Assembly: GCA_011109175.1 (NCBI GenBank)
Contig: RDEW01000010.1
Location: forward strand, 1,309,238 to 1,373,237
Direction: 5' to 3'
Length of the DNA: 64,000 nt
Source of the DNA: Dicyema japonicum
Taxonomy: Eukaryota; Animalia; Dicyemida
The position numbers and the translations under genes were made by a program. Positions 1 through 13,519 of this stretch are shown here, one piece after another. How positions within the stretch are numbered: the first letter of the stretch is position 1; every line of letters starts with the position of its first letter. Below the pieces are notes generated by a model. It made no database searches, had not been told where the DNA came from, and was given only the letters and a program-made list of their open reading frames with translations.

Positions 1-129
1 TTACAATTTTAAATGATAGATTTTATCATTTTAAGTGCTAACTTTTTTAATTATAATTGCTAGATTTTATAGATTTTTTAGCGCTAACAAAATTTTTTTA
101 AGTGCTAAAAACAACTTGCCCTAGTTATA

Positions 130-600
130 ACAGTGTATGGAGATACCGATCAAAATTGGCAAAGGAGTAATACAAGGATGCTAATTATCTCCCATCCTAT
201 TCAATATTTATGCCGAAATGATCATGACTAAATTGGATACTGTATATAACGGGATTAAAATTGGAGGCAAGAACATCAATAAGTTTCGCTATGCTGACGA
301 TACAACCTTACTGGCTGAAACAGAGGATGACCTCAGGGAGTTGATTCTAAGATTCAGAGAAGAGAGCACTGTCTTTGGTTTATTGCTAAATATCAAAAAG
401 ACCAAAATTATGACGACTGCTAATAATGGAATAATGGAACTAAAAACTGGGAATGAGAAAATAGAGAGTAGCGATAATGTTGTCTTTCTGGGATGTCTAA
501 TCAATCGGAATGGTGAGGGAGGCTTGGAAATTAAGAGGTAATTTTCCTTCCAGAGAATGAATAGAATTTGGAAAAGCAAAGATATTTGCTTAAGGACCTG
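130..600 (+). mobile_element. RTE/BovB-like LINE reverse transcriptase fragment
   Basis: QGCLISPILFNIY and RYADD RT motifs in and just upstream of ORF 218-541; truncated. Confidence 0.8.
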
Positions 601-999
601 TGTTGTTTCATTATTATTGCAAGAACATCCTACACTATACTTTGATAATCTTCAAACGTCATTAAGTCACGATTAATGGACTTGGGAATGGTTATTATAA
701 AGAAGAGATTTCTCCCAAATACATTCTGAATCTTCATGATGTAACGTAGATCGCGTTGGGGATCGCGAAAATATAAAAAACTACCTTTTTAAGCCCTTCA
801 CTTGTCACTTAAATTATTGAACCAGAAACCACTGCCATAGCCAAAACTAAAAGATTCAGGTGGTCCCGGCCTCCCTAAGCTTTTCCTGGTTTTTGATTGA
901 ACATTATTGATTGTGGAAAAGTAGGTTGAGGTAAGGTTTTTCATTAAACAGCACATGCATACTAAATTGTAGTTTCAATATACCGCTTGTAGAGGGTAT

Positions 1000-1960
1000 C
1001 CAATCCATTTAGACCTATTTAGTCTCTGATTTTCCAGAAAAACCTTCATGATGTTAATCCTCCACATACAAGTCGCTACTATATTTTCAAATATATGTTG
1101 AAAGGGTTAAGGTGTTGAAGGCAATTTCGAGGATCATCTTGGTTTTGTTATGCGGGATATCAATTAATAGAATTCCCAGTTTAACGTGAAGAAGGTCAAA
1201 ACTAACTTTTCCAGCTTGCTCTCAATTGATTTTCATAAAGCCACAAACTCAGATTATTAAGGTAGTCCTGTAATCTTCGCGTGGATAATACTCATCCCTC
1301 GATGCAACGACTGTATCATTTGCATAAGATAATAATATGTGGTTATCACCTAATGCAATTGATAGGCCATTCGTCATAAGATTGAAAAGAGGAACGATAA
1401 TATGGAACCCTGAGGAACACCATTTGTAATAGTCTCAATGCGGAACATCGATTACCCTGGCATACTTACCCTCGGAGACCGCTCAAAAAATTCCCCAACC
1501 ATAACTTTAGGTTTGCGTCAATTTTCGGCGAATAAATATAGTGAATGATGATCTTTTTAGGAACAGAGTCAAATGCCTTATGGATGTCGATTTAGCAGAC
1601 AATCGACTTTTCCTGTCTTTTTTGTTTAGGCCATGTGTTATGAATTCCTTTAATATATTTAGTTGATCCCCCTTCTTTGAAGCCATGGTAAACCTGGCGT
1701 TATGGGGAAGGGTGGATTCTTTTCTGGACACACAAAAGCGACACTGTTTTTTAGGAACCTGGATTCTACTTTGGTTTCCCAGGCTTCGGAATTGGATGAA
1801 TAAGTTTCCATATATCGGGGATTGAGTTGAAATTGATTGAAAATGTTCATTAGTGCAGAAACAACCACAGCGCCCAATTTTTTCAACAGGATCGGTGTGA
1901 TCGGAGTCAGTGATGTCCAGGTTTAGAAGCCTAATTTTACAAGAGTCAATAGGAAACAAT
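1000..1960 (-). mobile_element. degenerate APE-type LINE RT relic
   Basis: minus strand reads GVPQGS-like (ggtgttcctcagggttcc, about 1405-1425) and YADD-like motifs, with stops and frameshifts. Confidence 0.55.
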
Positions 1961-2039
1961 AGTCTCAGTTTCCTGGTTTTTTAAATTGTGGTTTAGTTGG
2001 TTTTAACACTTTCTTAGACTGTTAAAACTAATAATATAT

Positions 2040-2160
2040 TTACGTAAATAAAACGCGCTTTTTTTGAGAACCATAATACTTATTGCTTCCCGCAGCAGGA
2101 GAAACACTTTATTAGAGTAAAGAACAGTTATGATAAATAATCGTAGAAACTTTTATTCTC
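2040..2160 (-). mobile_element. degenerate 3' part of the tRNA-SINE/LINE-tail family seen at 35670-35990
   Basis: shares actgttctttact...taaagtgt..tcctgc...gaagc.aata...atgg with the SINE 3' region. Confidence 0.55.
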
Positions 2161-2727
2161 TTCAATATACAAAAATACATTTTTCTTAAGACAAAGATAA
2201 CCTCTATATCAATACTAAAATTTTCGATAAAAACCATTCTCCCAATACTAAAAATCTCTAGAGTCCGTAAAGGTCAGCATGCACTATCAGCTCTGTAAAA
2301 CAATCCCCAGAGCTTCCATTTCTACAACCCTTATTGGTAAATGGAAAGAAATTTATTATCTTCAAGGTAAGAAAGCCTATAATAATAACTCTTTCCATAA
2401 TCTTTTAAATATTGAGGATAAGACTATTTGACCTATAGTTTATGCATTTGGTGTAGACTTGACTTTGTAATAATTCTAACTATTGTCTCTTACAAGTAGA
2501 AGGAATATGTCCTTATCTCCATAATTTCGCATAACAATGAATTAATAGTGACAAACATGCCTTTTTGTAATTTATTACTGAAATAATGTCCTAACCAGAA
2601 GCTTATTTTTTACATTCTCTGATTTATAGCTTATATTTCTCCCAAAGAAAAGGTTTCAAATAACGACCCTTCTAAAAATCAAATAAAATTTTGACTTTAT
2701 CGACCAGTTATTTCATAAAGTAAAATA

Positions 2728-2913
2728 TTATTCATTAACTATGGGGAGAGCGGCTGCTGACATTACGGAGTAAGCGTTTCCGCGGACAACTGCAATCTCA
2801 ATTCGTTGCCTCAGCCAGACCGCTCCCCCACGTTTTTTACAAGACCTTCTCCTTACAAAACTATTATCAAACTCATTTTGAATCCCATGTGGACTAATGG
2901 ATGATGTATTCAC
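2728..2913 (-). mobile_element. CRE-clade LINE 3' fragment (end of RLE domain)
   Basis: WLRQRIEIAVVRGNA matches the C-terminus of the full-length CRE at 52000-54910 (WLFERISLAILRGNS). Confidence 0.8.
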
Positions 2914-3719
2914 CCCTTGAATCTTTTATAACGTTACTGGCATTTCTTTAGTGATTAAAGCACCATCATGAGATTTGATAATTATCTCTTTTCCCTTTTT
3001 ATCGGAACAGCATATTTTTGAAATGAGTTTCAAAAAATAATCGAAAAGCATTCTCTTCCCACTTTATCATCTTTTTCTTAGCAACTTGGATAATTTTTGT
3101 CTTAATGAGCTTATTTTTTCTTTAAGAAAACTTAATTCTTAAAATCCCAACTTGTTTTCTAACCTCATTTTTCACAAACCAGATTATTATGGTAACTCAT
3201 CAAACATAAATTACTCCAATAGAGGTTATTAATTGACATTACACACGTTGTTAACTTGTTTAAATTTTTCTTGTAATTAATTGATGAACGACCAAGGGCA
3301 CAGGTCCCCATGGAATCAGATTTCTTCATTATGTCTCATTAATAACTAGGATGACTGTACAAGATAAGAGTTACCATCTACAAAGTCCGTTTTCTAAGAG
3401 AGTGGGCATTAACCAGGAATATTTTGGTTACTTCAGATTTAACAGGTGGCTGTCCTCTTTTTTAAAGCACCATCAGACCAATTAAAAATTTGGTATCTTG
3501 TTGCTTACAAATTCTTAATCCTTTATCCAACTGGTTATATACATTAATCAGTGAATTTCTTGCACTATTAACAATACAAAGATCTGTGGACATTTGGTCA
3601 GACGAATCAGTACTCATTTGTTTACGAATTTCACCCGTTTCTCTATCAACTTTTCCGAACGATACTTATTTCGTAAAATCCTTGTAATTTTATGGACAAA
3701 TTATTAATTTTTTTATTTT

Positions 3720-4200
3720 TACGTTTTCTGGATTCGATTGTCACAGAGAACCCTAATAATTTGCTGTGACCACTAAACTACAGTTTATACACTTTTTTAT
3801 TTCAGTTACACATACTTTACATTCTGTCATAGAGTAAGGCCCAGAACACAACAAACACTTTGTTTGAATCTCACAGAGAAATCTGGCATCTGTAACATAG
3901 GATCTCTGACTACCTGTACCACATAGCACTCACCTTTGAGAAACCAATTTTATCCCCAATCTAACAAGATATTGAGCTTCTCCTTTGTTGGACTACTTTC
4001 ACTAATTGTAATTTAACTCCCTTTTTAACAAATCGTTTGCTTTCCCGAAAGTTTCCCATTAAAAAAGTTTCAAGTTCCTAAGTGTTCATTCATAAAGGGA
4101 CGTTCCTTAACACAACTGCAACAGGAACAAGATTTCTAATACGAATGGCCTTTTTTAGGATTATATTTATCAAGGAGGACTTGAAAATCCTTCAAACCAT
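3720..4200 (-). mobile_element. possible LINE ORF1 (gag-like zinc knuckle) relic
   Basis: decayed Cys-rich stretch (CLLC...ECKVC...KCINC) on the minus strand, interrupted by frameshifts. Confidence 0.35.
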
Positions 4201-4698
4201 TCATATTCTGAAGAACAAATTCTTTTAAATAACTGTGACAATGAACATTAAAAGCGGAGAGTTCAAGGACTTATTCAGCATTGTAGAATTAACAGGAGAA
4301 ACAGTAGAAGGAAAATTAATAGAAACAGTTACTGTATGACAAGGAATATTATTAGAGACATTGATAGTCTTCCATGTATAACAGCTTGTATAAGTATTAC
4401 ATAACATATTAGACGATTCTTTATTACGCAACTCACAGTTCAATTGTGTCACATTCACAGAATTACAAGTCATTTCATGTTTGACACTAACATTCTTTAT
4501 CACAGTTATTTATTATGAACTTGCATTCGTGTTGCTTCCATCATCAGAGGACCCTGCGACCGTGACAATATATCATAAATTCATTATTTTGATTAAAATC
4601 CAAATAATTTATTATGATTTTAAATATTTAAATTATTATTTTTAAACAAATTTAATAATATTTCATAAATAATTATATATTGCACGTGATTATTTGTA

Positions 4699-6638
4699 AT
4701 GAACGTTGAACTTAATAAACTTATTCTTGGTTATTTAAATGGCAAATATCCTGAACAAACACGACAACTATCCAAACTAATGAACATTGTATAGCCATAA
4801 ACTAATTTTAGAACAAAAGTGACTACATGTACTCTCTCTCAAACGTGTACGACTTTTACAAACAGTTAAATGATTTATTTACATAGAACTGACAAATTAA
4901 TGTCACAAATTAAGACAGATTCTACACAATCAAAGTCTATTATTAACACAACTAAAGACTCATCCCTTAAAAAGTCAAAACAACCCAGCAAGGATGAACA
5001 ACCACCTGCTAAAGTCCATAGAAAGAAGCAAGACACTGACTCGACCATTATTGAACCAACAAGTGAGGAGTCTTCTGTCTCTATTCTTCGAAGTAAACAT
5101 CTGAAACCTCAGAGACAGGAGTTTAACAAAACTGTTAATAACGATGATAACATTTCGACTCCCTCAATTAATTCCAGAAGTATTAATGACTTCGTTCAAC
5201 AACCTCCCAAATTTGTGACCCCTAAATCTCCCAAAATCAATGTCTCCAATAAGAAGTCTACTCCTATTCCTTTAAAGTCTTCTATTGCCGATGAATCCTC
5301 TTCTGAGAGTTCGAGTGTCTCTGACTGTGTCCCCACTAAATCTGCAAAGACACCTGAAGTGACCAAACCTAACGAGGACTCGACATCTTCTGACAGTTCA
5401 AGTGACTTACAACCCTCTAATAAAAATGGAAAACATAATAAAGATGTCAAGTCCTCAGCATCAAAAACTGTAAACAAAATCCAAAACGTGACTCAATCCT
5501 TGAATGTTGTTGATGATTCTTCCTCTGAGAGTTCAAGTGACTCTGATTCTGTTCCAGTAAATTCGGCGAACGAATCAAAGACAATTGAAAAGACCAAACC
5601 TAAGGAGGATTCAACCTCTTCTGATAGTTCGAGTGATAAAGTCCCTACTTCCAATAAATTTGGAAAGTCCTCAGTATTAAAAAATGTGAAGAATAATTCC
5701 ACTGAAACAAAAAATCTTGTCGAACAATCCTCGTCTGAAAGTTCAAGTGAGTCTGATTCTGCTCCCATGAAGCCTGGAAACACATTAAAGGTTCCTCAAG
5801 TGCCAAACCTACTGAAGACTCGACATCTTCTGACAGTTCAAGTGACGGTGCTTCTAATAATAATGAGGAGTCTAATAAGTCTGTAATGTCCTCAGTGTCC
5901 AAAAATGTGAAGAAAATTAAAACAATGAGTGAACTGATGGAGATTGAAGGATCTTCATCTGACAGTTCAAGTGACTCAAATTCTGTCCCTGTTAAGTCAG
6001 GTAACACGTCAAAAACAACAGAAGTAACTAAATCTTCTATGGAATCGACCTCTTCTGATAGTTCGAGTGATGATGCTTTTAATAAAAGTGAACAAATTAA
6101 GGCTGAAAAGGCCCCATTATCAAAGACTTCCAAGAAAGTCAATAAATTATCAGAATTTACTGATAAAACTACCAAAAAGTTTAATACCCCCACTAGTGAA
6201 TCCATCAAGAGGCCAGCCAAGAAGGAATTGAAACATTCTGCCAGTAAGAAACCGACGAAAGAGGTAGAATTGTTATTTCTTAGTTTATAGGCTATAATCC
6301 CTGTAAAACTCGGTGAATCCTCGTTGTCCGACAAAGTAAACAAAAAGACGGAAAAGCCATCAAAAAAAGACAAGGTGGACAATTCAGTCGATGTGGTAGA
6401 AAAATCAAGGAAGAGTCCTGTGAAAAGATTGGATGACGTGGTTATTCCCGATAACCTGAGGAATAATTCATTTGAGGCTAAATCAGGAGCGAGGGGGTCA
6501 TGGGGAGAGAAAGCAAATGATAAATTAAAGAAAGTGAAGGGGAAGGATTTCAAGAGAGAAAAGACTAAGAATAAGAAAGGGAGATATTCAGGAGGTGTAA
6601 TTGATACTTCTGTTCATTCTATTAAATTTGATGATTAA
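4699..6638 (+). CDS. NOLC1: nucleolar phosphoprotein Nopp140/SRP40-like; introns 4789-4811, 4865-4886, 6264-6290; apparent 1-nt deletion near 5800
   Basis: spliced N-terminus MNVELNKLILGYL...SLSNVYDFY (LisH-like), alternating acidic Ser-rich (SSSDSSSD) and basic repeats, and C-terminal SRP40_C motif SWGEKANDKL...KTKNKKGRYSGGVIDTSVHSIKFDD. Confidence 0.9.
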
Positions 6639-6767
6639 TTTGATTATAATTTTGTTGTCTCTTTCCCTCACATTTCCTTCAATTTTGGTCTACCTTCTCT
6701 GTTCAGAAATAAGTTTTATTAAATGTTTACCTCATTCCTCCATAATCACAAAAAGATGGAAGACAAT

Positions 6768-8300
6768 TAGTGGTTCTCAACGGGGGCGCTGGAGTTCTAA
6801 TTTTTTAGTTATAAATATTTCCATTAGGTTTTGTAAATCATTTATCACGCGCTTATCTAATGAATTCTACTTGTCTTGTGTTTACTTTTCTAAAAAAATT
6901 ATTTACTGATATTTTTATAAATAATTTCTAATTGTGTGATAAAAAAGTAAAACGACGTATAAAAAAGTTAAGGGAAGACATGAAAATTCGCTTTATTGAT
7001 TTAGAAAATTTGAAATTTTTTAGTTGATATTTTTAATCCATTTGAAGCTGAAAACGTTAATATCTCCAGAAATAATAGAAAATTTATTAAATCTAAAATA
7101 TGACTTTGAAGCAAATATGGATATCAACAATTCTGGATTACTCAGAAAATTTATCCTCAATTGTCGAATGAAATCGAATCACTTATAATAGCATTTCCTC
7201 CAACATATCAAGTCGAAAGAGAATTTAGTGCAGTCTCTAATATTTTGACCAAAAAAAGAAATAAATTACAAATTATGACTAGCGGAGATTTGAGACTAAG
7301 TCTGTCAGCTATGGAAGCTGACATAAAGGGATTGATAAATTCTCATCAAATACAACTACGCGACTGATTCGCGTTCTATCCCATTGTAGTCGAGACAACT
7401 AGAGGAATAAGTGGGAAATCCTTCGCTTCCTAAAGAAACATAAACGCCCAACTACACTAAAAAACCACGACGCATGTGAGACCCGGTGGCCTCTCCAGTT
7501 AATCTCTGTTGAAATCGTGAGAGGTAACGCAACGTCGGTAATGTCGGCGGGAACAACTTTGGCAGGACGCACTCTCGTGTTCCTCCATGGGGACCTTTTT
7601 GGACGATGACTGCATTCGGATTGGAACCGCACAGCGCTTGGGAGTTGATGCATGCGTCGAACACTAATGTCGTTTTAAAGGGATCGTCGATACCAAAGGG
7701 CTGCATCCGCTTTCGTGCAAGAGGAGTGCGGGTAGAACACCCCGTACGCTGCTATGAACAACATTATCATGCGTCTTCCCGGCAGTGATGGAGCCCGTGG
7801 GATTGGACTCCGGAGACGGGAAAAGACCGGATGGGCTAACAATCTTTCCGTTCATTGATGGAAAATCTCTCGTAAAGGACTGCACTGTTGTGGATTCTTT
7901 CCCGAACTAGATGATGCTAAGCTCGGCGCAGTCTGCTGGTACGGCAGCCGATCTGGCCGAGAAAATCAAGATTAAAATTATGGTGAAATTGGAGATCGCT
8001 TTCGTTTTGTGCTGGTGGTAATCGAACGGCGGGAAGTTTCACAGCCTCTTTCCTGAAGGAAATTGGTCTTTATAAAAAAGATTGTTAAATAAAACGTGTT
8101 ATAACTAAGAAAAAAAATTAAGTGGTTCTTAACTAATTTGAGTTAACATTGCACTCTATTGATGGCAAAACAGTTTCTACATAAAATTTGAGAAAAATGA
8201 CCAAATAAATTTTCAATTGGAGAAATTAAATCTTACGGGGGTGCTGAAAAGCTTCAAAATTGTATCAAAAGGGGGCGCTGACTTAAAAGGTTAACCACTG
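6768..8300 (+). mobile_element. hAT (Buster/Charlie-like) DNA transposon relic with a nested CRE fragment
   Basis: left end tagtggttctcaac; right end reads cagtggttaacc on the minus strand; transposase C-terminus FPPTYQVEREFSAV..ILTKKRNKL..GDLRL at 7161-7367; no TSD found. Confidence 0.7.
7370..8060 (+). mobile_element. CRE-clade LINE fragment (RT C-terminus to RLE) nested in the hAT relic
   Basis: GLHPLSCKRSAGR and GKRPDGLTIFPF motifs, with frameshifts. Confidence 0.8.
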
Positions 8301-8420
8301 GTATATCTGAAATGAATTTGTTGACTAGTACATCTCACTCATTGTGGGACAAGTATACTAATATTCTACTATAAACACTCCCCTTATATAAGAAAACACT
8401 GACAAACAATTAATATGAGA

Positions 8421-10124
8421 TTAAAGATGACCACTTAAATCATTAAATCTGCACATTGGAGTACTCCTTATATTATTAAGTCCAACACGATGTCCCACCA
8501 AATCCCTTATATTAGTCATTTCATATAAAATCATGGTTGGTCTCTCCAATGAAATCCCCCATGCAATACAATTCACATTATCTGGGAATCCCATTGGTGA
8601 CAATACCTCCCTTCTGATTACTCCACTGTTCCCTATCTCCACCAACTTGTTTAATTCTACAATAACACAACACCAACGTTTATGGTAGTGGAATATCTCC
8701 ATACTTGGTTCCGTATACGGATTATAGGCAGCCTTAAACCGCAGATCCGTTATCCCTAAACTCATTCAAACTCAACAACCCAGCTTATTAAAGAAAACGG
8801 TCACTAATCCCATCAAATCTGAGAGAGATATATCATAATCGATCACAGATCCCTCAATTTGGTGGAATTCTGCCAAATGTGTCGCATCCACTGCTTCATT
8901 ACGGAAAACACGGTCGATCGAAAAATACTTCATAGGTTTAAACTCATTCTGGGCCAGTTTATACAACATCTTGGCAGTTGTAGCTGTCGTGTGGGTCCTT
9001 AAAATGTTCTTCTTCGCCTCCTTGTAATGCCAGTCCGACTGATATCTCATAATAACCCGAGTGCCTCACCCAGACGACCCACTACCTCCAGACATATGCA
9101 TCTCCCTCACCTTCTCGCAGTACTCCTTCTCTCTAAGCGAAGATTCCGAGGGGTTTGAAAGGAAGAAGGTATCGTGCATGTCACGTGCGGGGTGCTTCTG
9201 AGGCTGAAAGAGCGCGTCAAAGTTCCAGAAAGCTCTCAACGTAATTGTCGGTTTCCATTTCCTGAAAACTCACAAATTAGCCTAATGGTACCCCATTTCG
9301 AAGAAGATCTGCCTAATAGCACTTTTCACTTTCATCAAAGGGTGTAGGCAACCCACTTGTGGTGGTACCCCGAGTGAGGAAAAATTGAATGGTTTCAGAT
9401 TAGCAATTTTCCACGAATCACTATAATATAACCAAAGAGATCCTACTCTGCAATCATAGAGGTCGTCAAATCAGTCTGCTGCTTAGAAACACACGTTCTA
9501 AAATCTGGTCCACGTGTCAAGAGATAGTAGCTCACTTTACTACAGATTAGTTTAACACGTGCTTTTTAGTGACAAGTTTCCGTTTAATCAGTTCAGGAAG
9601 CACGGAAGCGTCGTGACAGGCCTTAGATGACTGAATGTCTCGTAGAAGAGCAACTGTAGTGTCCTCAATTTTATCAACATTTGTGAGGAAACACGTGTCC
9701 CCGTCACATTTCTCAACTTTGACCCATCCAAGGGAAATTGCGTTGTTTAAGCCAATCAAGGCGTTCGGAAAGGCATTCTTAGTGTGAAATTAAAACTACT
9801 TCAATCATTACCCTCGTTATTTTGGGCTGGCATTTCAGAAGTGAAAAGACACGTGCTTCAAGTGTACCTTCATTGATAGTCTCTAGACCATGGTCGGTGA
9901 GCTTGATTTCTATGTCTGATTTTAATTCAAAATTTATAATCTTTGTAAGAATATAAACAAACCTGCGAGTCTATGGAGGATATGCTTTTGATTGCTCCAA
10001 CTATCTTTTGATGGTCAAAATTGAGCTGAGAGGCTAATTTTATGGAAGATAATGCTCCCTCGTTGTTTGACAGGTAATTTAGTAAGTCACTACATATGTC
10101 TAATGACGACTTTAATCCATTCAT
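8421..10124 (-). CDS. FARSA: phenylalanyl-tRNA synthetase alpha subunit; 9 exons; introns 9941-9962, 9778-9799, 9540-9562 (GC-AG), 9421-9446, 9269-9291, 9046-9069, 8756-8779, 8657-8677; apparent 2-nt deletion near 9231
   Basis: motifs [69 protein letters not shown] and [11 protein letters not shown]; the spliced product is collinear with eukaryotic FARSA. Confidence 0.95.
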
Positions 10125-10247
10125 TTGTGCCACGTTAGTTTCTACGAGAAGCAATAAATAAATTTGAAATTAATATTGCATCATTTAATTAATAAAATCT
10201 AATTATATTTTATTAAATCAAATAAAAAAAAGGACAAAACATTAGTT

Positions 10248-10410
10248 AGCTGTCGCCCTCACTGCGTGGCTGTCCCTCTCAGAATTGCGAGCGAAATTCA
10301 TCAAACAGCCAGCGGCGTTCGCGGAGATTTCCAGTGCATGAGGTGATCCGGTTTCCAAGACGTCCGAAAAACTATACTGTTGAGGGGAGTAGGATCCGGA
10401 AGTCTCCATA
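10248..10410 (-). mobile_element. CRE LINE 3' end, near-identical to 52008-52172
   Basis: direct nucleotide match over about 160 bp to the 3' end of the full-length CRE. Confidence 0.9.
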
Positions 10411-10469
10411 GCAAAATCTAATTTATAAATTAAATAAGAATAGTCAGGATGAGAAATTTGTTGCTGAGA

Positions 10470-11440
10470 AAAGCTATCTTCTTCAACCCCTTTTGAGGAG
10501 AGCCCTGTGAATTATCCACAATACGAACCTTGAATACGGTACTCCAACCCATCTCTTTATTGGTGATGGACTCAATAAATCATCGACTGGGATCCAACAA
10601 TGTGATCTATTGTCCGCTTCTTTTTGATTTGGCAGTTGATGAGGCTGCCATTTAGACGATGCTACGATCCTTGGATCATCTGAGTCGTTTATGAAAAGTC
10701 TAGGAATACTTCTTTCCATTCTTAGCAGTTATGGAATCAACATTAAAGCGCGACAATTTGAAATTTGTAATCTGGAACTTTCGCAAGATGAATTATTTAA
10801 ATCACTATGCAGGTCTTTTCTCCCTGATACAGCTATTACCAATGTGTAACATTTTATGATATTGGGATCACCTACTTCCACGGGAATTATTGGAAATTAG
10901 TGGAGTCACTGTTAGTAGACGAGCTTGATCCACACATTCGTTTTTTCTTTTGAAGAATTATCTTTTCCTTCCAAGATTAATGTTTTTTGACGTTCCTCTC
11001 TTTGTTACCTCTTTTCGGAATGCCTGGAGAATTTAAATATTCTTATCGCCAAGTCTATTGAATAAATTGTGAATATATAGTTCTATAAAATTCGATTGAT
11101 GCAAGCATTCTTACCCTTCAGATTTGGGGCATCTGCCTAACTTCTCTCGTGGACGTTTCATGGCATCCTTCATGTCCTCTTTATCAAGATGGCATTTCTC
11201 ATCCGGACCATTCTTAGAGATTTAGCAAATCCGCTCTGGAGGACAAAATTGCTGATTGGTTGAAGAATTGGTCAGTGGCTTTTAAAGAAACCCCTTTTGA
11301 TATACACCGACTGAGGAACTGGACCAGCATTATGTACGAGAATACTCATTCAACCCTTTTGGACATGAACGACTTGTAGCGTCGGTTCCATCACCGTCAA
11401 TTGGTTCATTTCTGAAACAGAACGAATAGGATATCAATCC
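10470..11440 (+). mobile_element. degenerate CRE LINE RT region
   Basis: YGTPTHLFIGDG..SSTGIQQ.D.L and LDDATILG motifs, as in the CRE RT. Confidence 0.7.
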
Positions 11441-11499
11441 GTCTCTGGATCGACTTGTGCCAGTCTCATTACTTGATTATCTCTTAATCTTTGTCTAGT

Positions 11500-12250
11500 G
11501 GTTCTTTAACATGTTTACTTGGTCAAACAGAATCACATCCGACCCTTAATAAGGATGGGAATTAATCTTAGGATTGAGTGAACAGCCTTTACAATGTCAA
11601 CATTCTAAGGTCGTTTAATTTGGTAGGCAATATACGGTTAAGCTTTTCTGTGTTGGAAGGGATGAGGATTGAGTTGAGTCAGTTAAATGAGCTTTTCTAA
11701 GTTTATGTAGAGACTCTTATCGTTCTTAAAGAAACCATTTCCTATAGCATATATCAATCGACACAAAATCATATTGGATCTAAAAAATGACAATTCACAG
11801 GTTTTCGCCACAGAAAAGTACGTGTCAGTTCCAGTTTACGTCCACAGAGTCATGTACATCAAATTTTGAAGTTTCTCCACACTTGATTTTTGATTCATTA
11901 TGGGGTCTGTTTGTTTGGTCAATGAGGTAGCACACTATGCCTCTTCCTTGCGAAGAGGCATGTTGAATAGCAATATTTTGAGTCTAAGTCACTTTTTGGT
12001 AGTTTTGAGAAAAGTCTGAACCAGATTATTGTAAAAATATGGTCACTGATTTATTAAAAGCTGATATTAAATTGTATAAGCTTGATCTACCATCCAATCA
12101 TTTAATAATCTACTTAATATGCTCCATGTCTTATCGCAGAAGCGAATATTGAATTAACTATTACTCTCTTACCTGCAGATTACGTAGTCCATTTGGTTAG
12201 AGTCCCATGATGACTTTTTCTCTACTATCCACATGGTGATGTGCTAATAC
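11500..12250 (-). mobile_element. very degenerate LINE RT relic
   Basis: fragmentary AFxKISD-like motif on the minus strand; many stops. Confidence 0.3.
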
Positions 12251-13519
12251 CTCTCACATCCAAATTCTAATGTACTCAATTTTTACATGATTTCACAATG
12301 TACAAAGTTTATGTATTACGAATTGTCCCGACAATTAAATATAAAATTATTTTACCGTTAATGTTGCTTTCATCTATAATTGTTTGTTAAAAGTATTTTC
12401 TGTAGTTTTATAATATGAAGATCATGGTTTATGCATATTATTTTCGGATTGCTGTAATAGACGGGATATTATAATTTAGTTTAAAGAATAGCTTTTTTAT
12501 ATAACTATTCCCTTATTTTTGAAGTGCAATATCGACATTTAAAAATGCTTTAACCAAAAAGATATCGGTTTTCTTCGTTATCTTTAGTAAGAAAAGGTTA
12601 AGTGGTCTCTACATTTAGTAATTAATCTGATGTCTTTTTTTATTAAGATGAAGTTCAGTGTAGTATTGTTAAATGATTTTATTATTTTTGAATATTTTGG
12701 CAAAATAAATCTCGTATAGGTGTTCTTGTGAATATGTATGAGTTTTTGGAAATTGCTTTTGAAATTCGTTCCTTAGTTTTGTTGAGTTCTAATAGTTTTA
12801 ATAATGTAGAAAATACAAACCTGTCATTAAATGAAGACTGCTACAACAAAAAACAAATTATAAGGTGTAAATTAAATGAAATGGACAAAAACTAAAAAAT
12901 AATTATAATAATTATGTTCTATTTTAGAACAATTTTATCTTTGAAATACGACAAATAGGACAATTTCGTCCTACTAATCACACTGCTTCATCATCAGCAG
13001 GTTGCCAATTTCATTTATTTTAAATACAATTTTTTGACTGTTCGTCGTTACCTCAAAGGAGGATAGGATCTGATCGGTCAAATATAATAAATTCAAAAGG
13101 AGTATTGAAAATATAATTAATTCAAGTTTTACTTTATGGAATATGTCTAATTATAATGATTTATATGCACATGCTTATTATTATTAAGAACTCTTACATT
13201 GTAATGAAAAAACATGTGCATATCTAAGAACTAGTCATCTTATTCCACGTTCATCTGTCATAAGCAATCTCTCATAGTATATCACATCCTCTCAGTATCT
13301 CAGGCTTTTCCCGATCTTTTGAAGGTACCGTCAAGGCAATCTGAAGGGTGATGCTCGGTCGTTCATAGAATCGTGGTACTTCAGGCGAAGTAATTAATGG
13401 TTGTCTGTATGTTATTATAATTTTATATTAATATTAGAAAATGAAGTTTATGTTTAATAAGGAAAATAAATATCACAGTCATTGTGTTATGTCACAGAAG
13501 AGGCAAATATAGGTTATTG

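Noticed and set aside
5196-6553. Long antisense ORFs (5196-5477, 5493-5783, 5645-6553; likewise 53868-54716)
   Set aside because: Shadow frames of the low-complexity NOLC1 sequence or the CRE coding sequence
12960-13010. Hammerhead-like core on the minus strand (ctgatga...gaaa)
   Set aside because: Stem II does not pair beyond one G-C, and no stem III/UH cleavage site is evident
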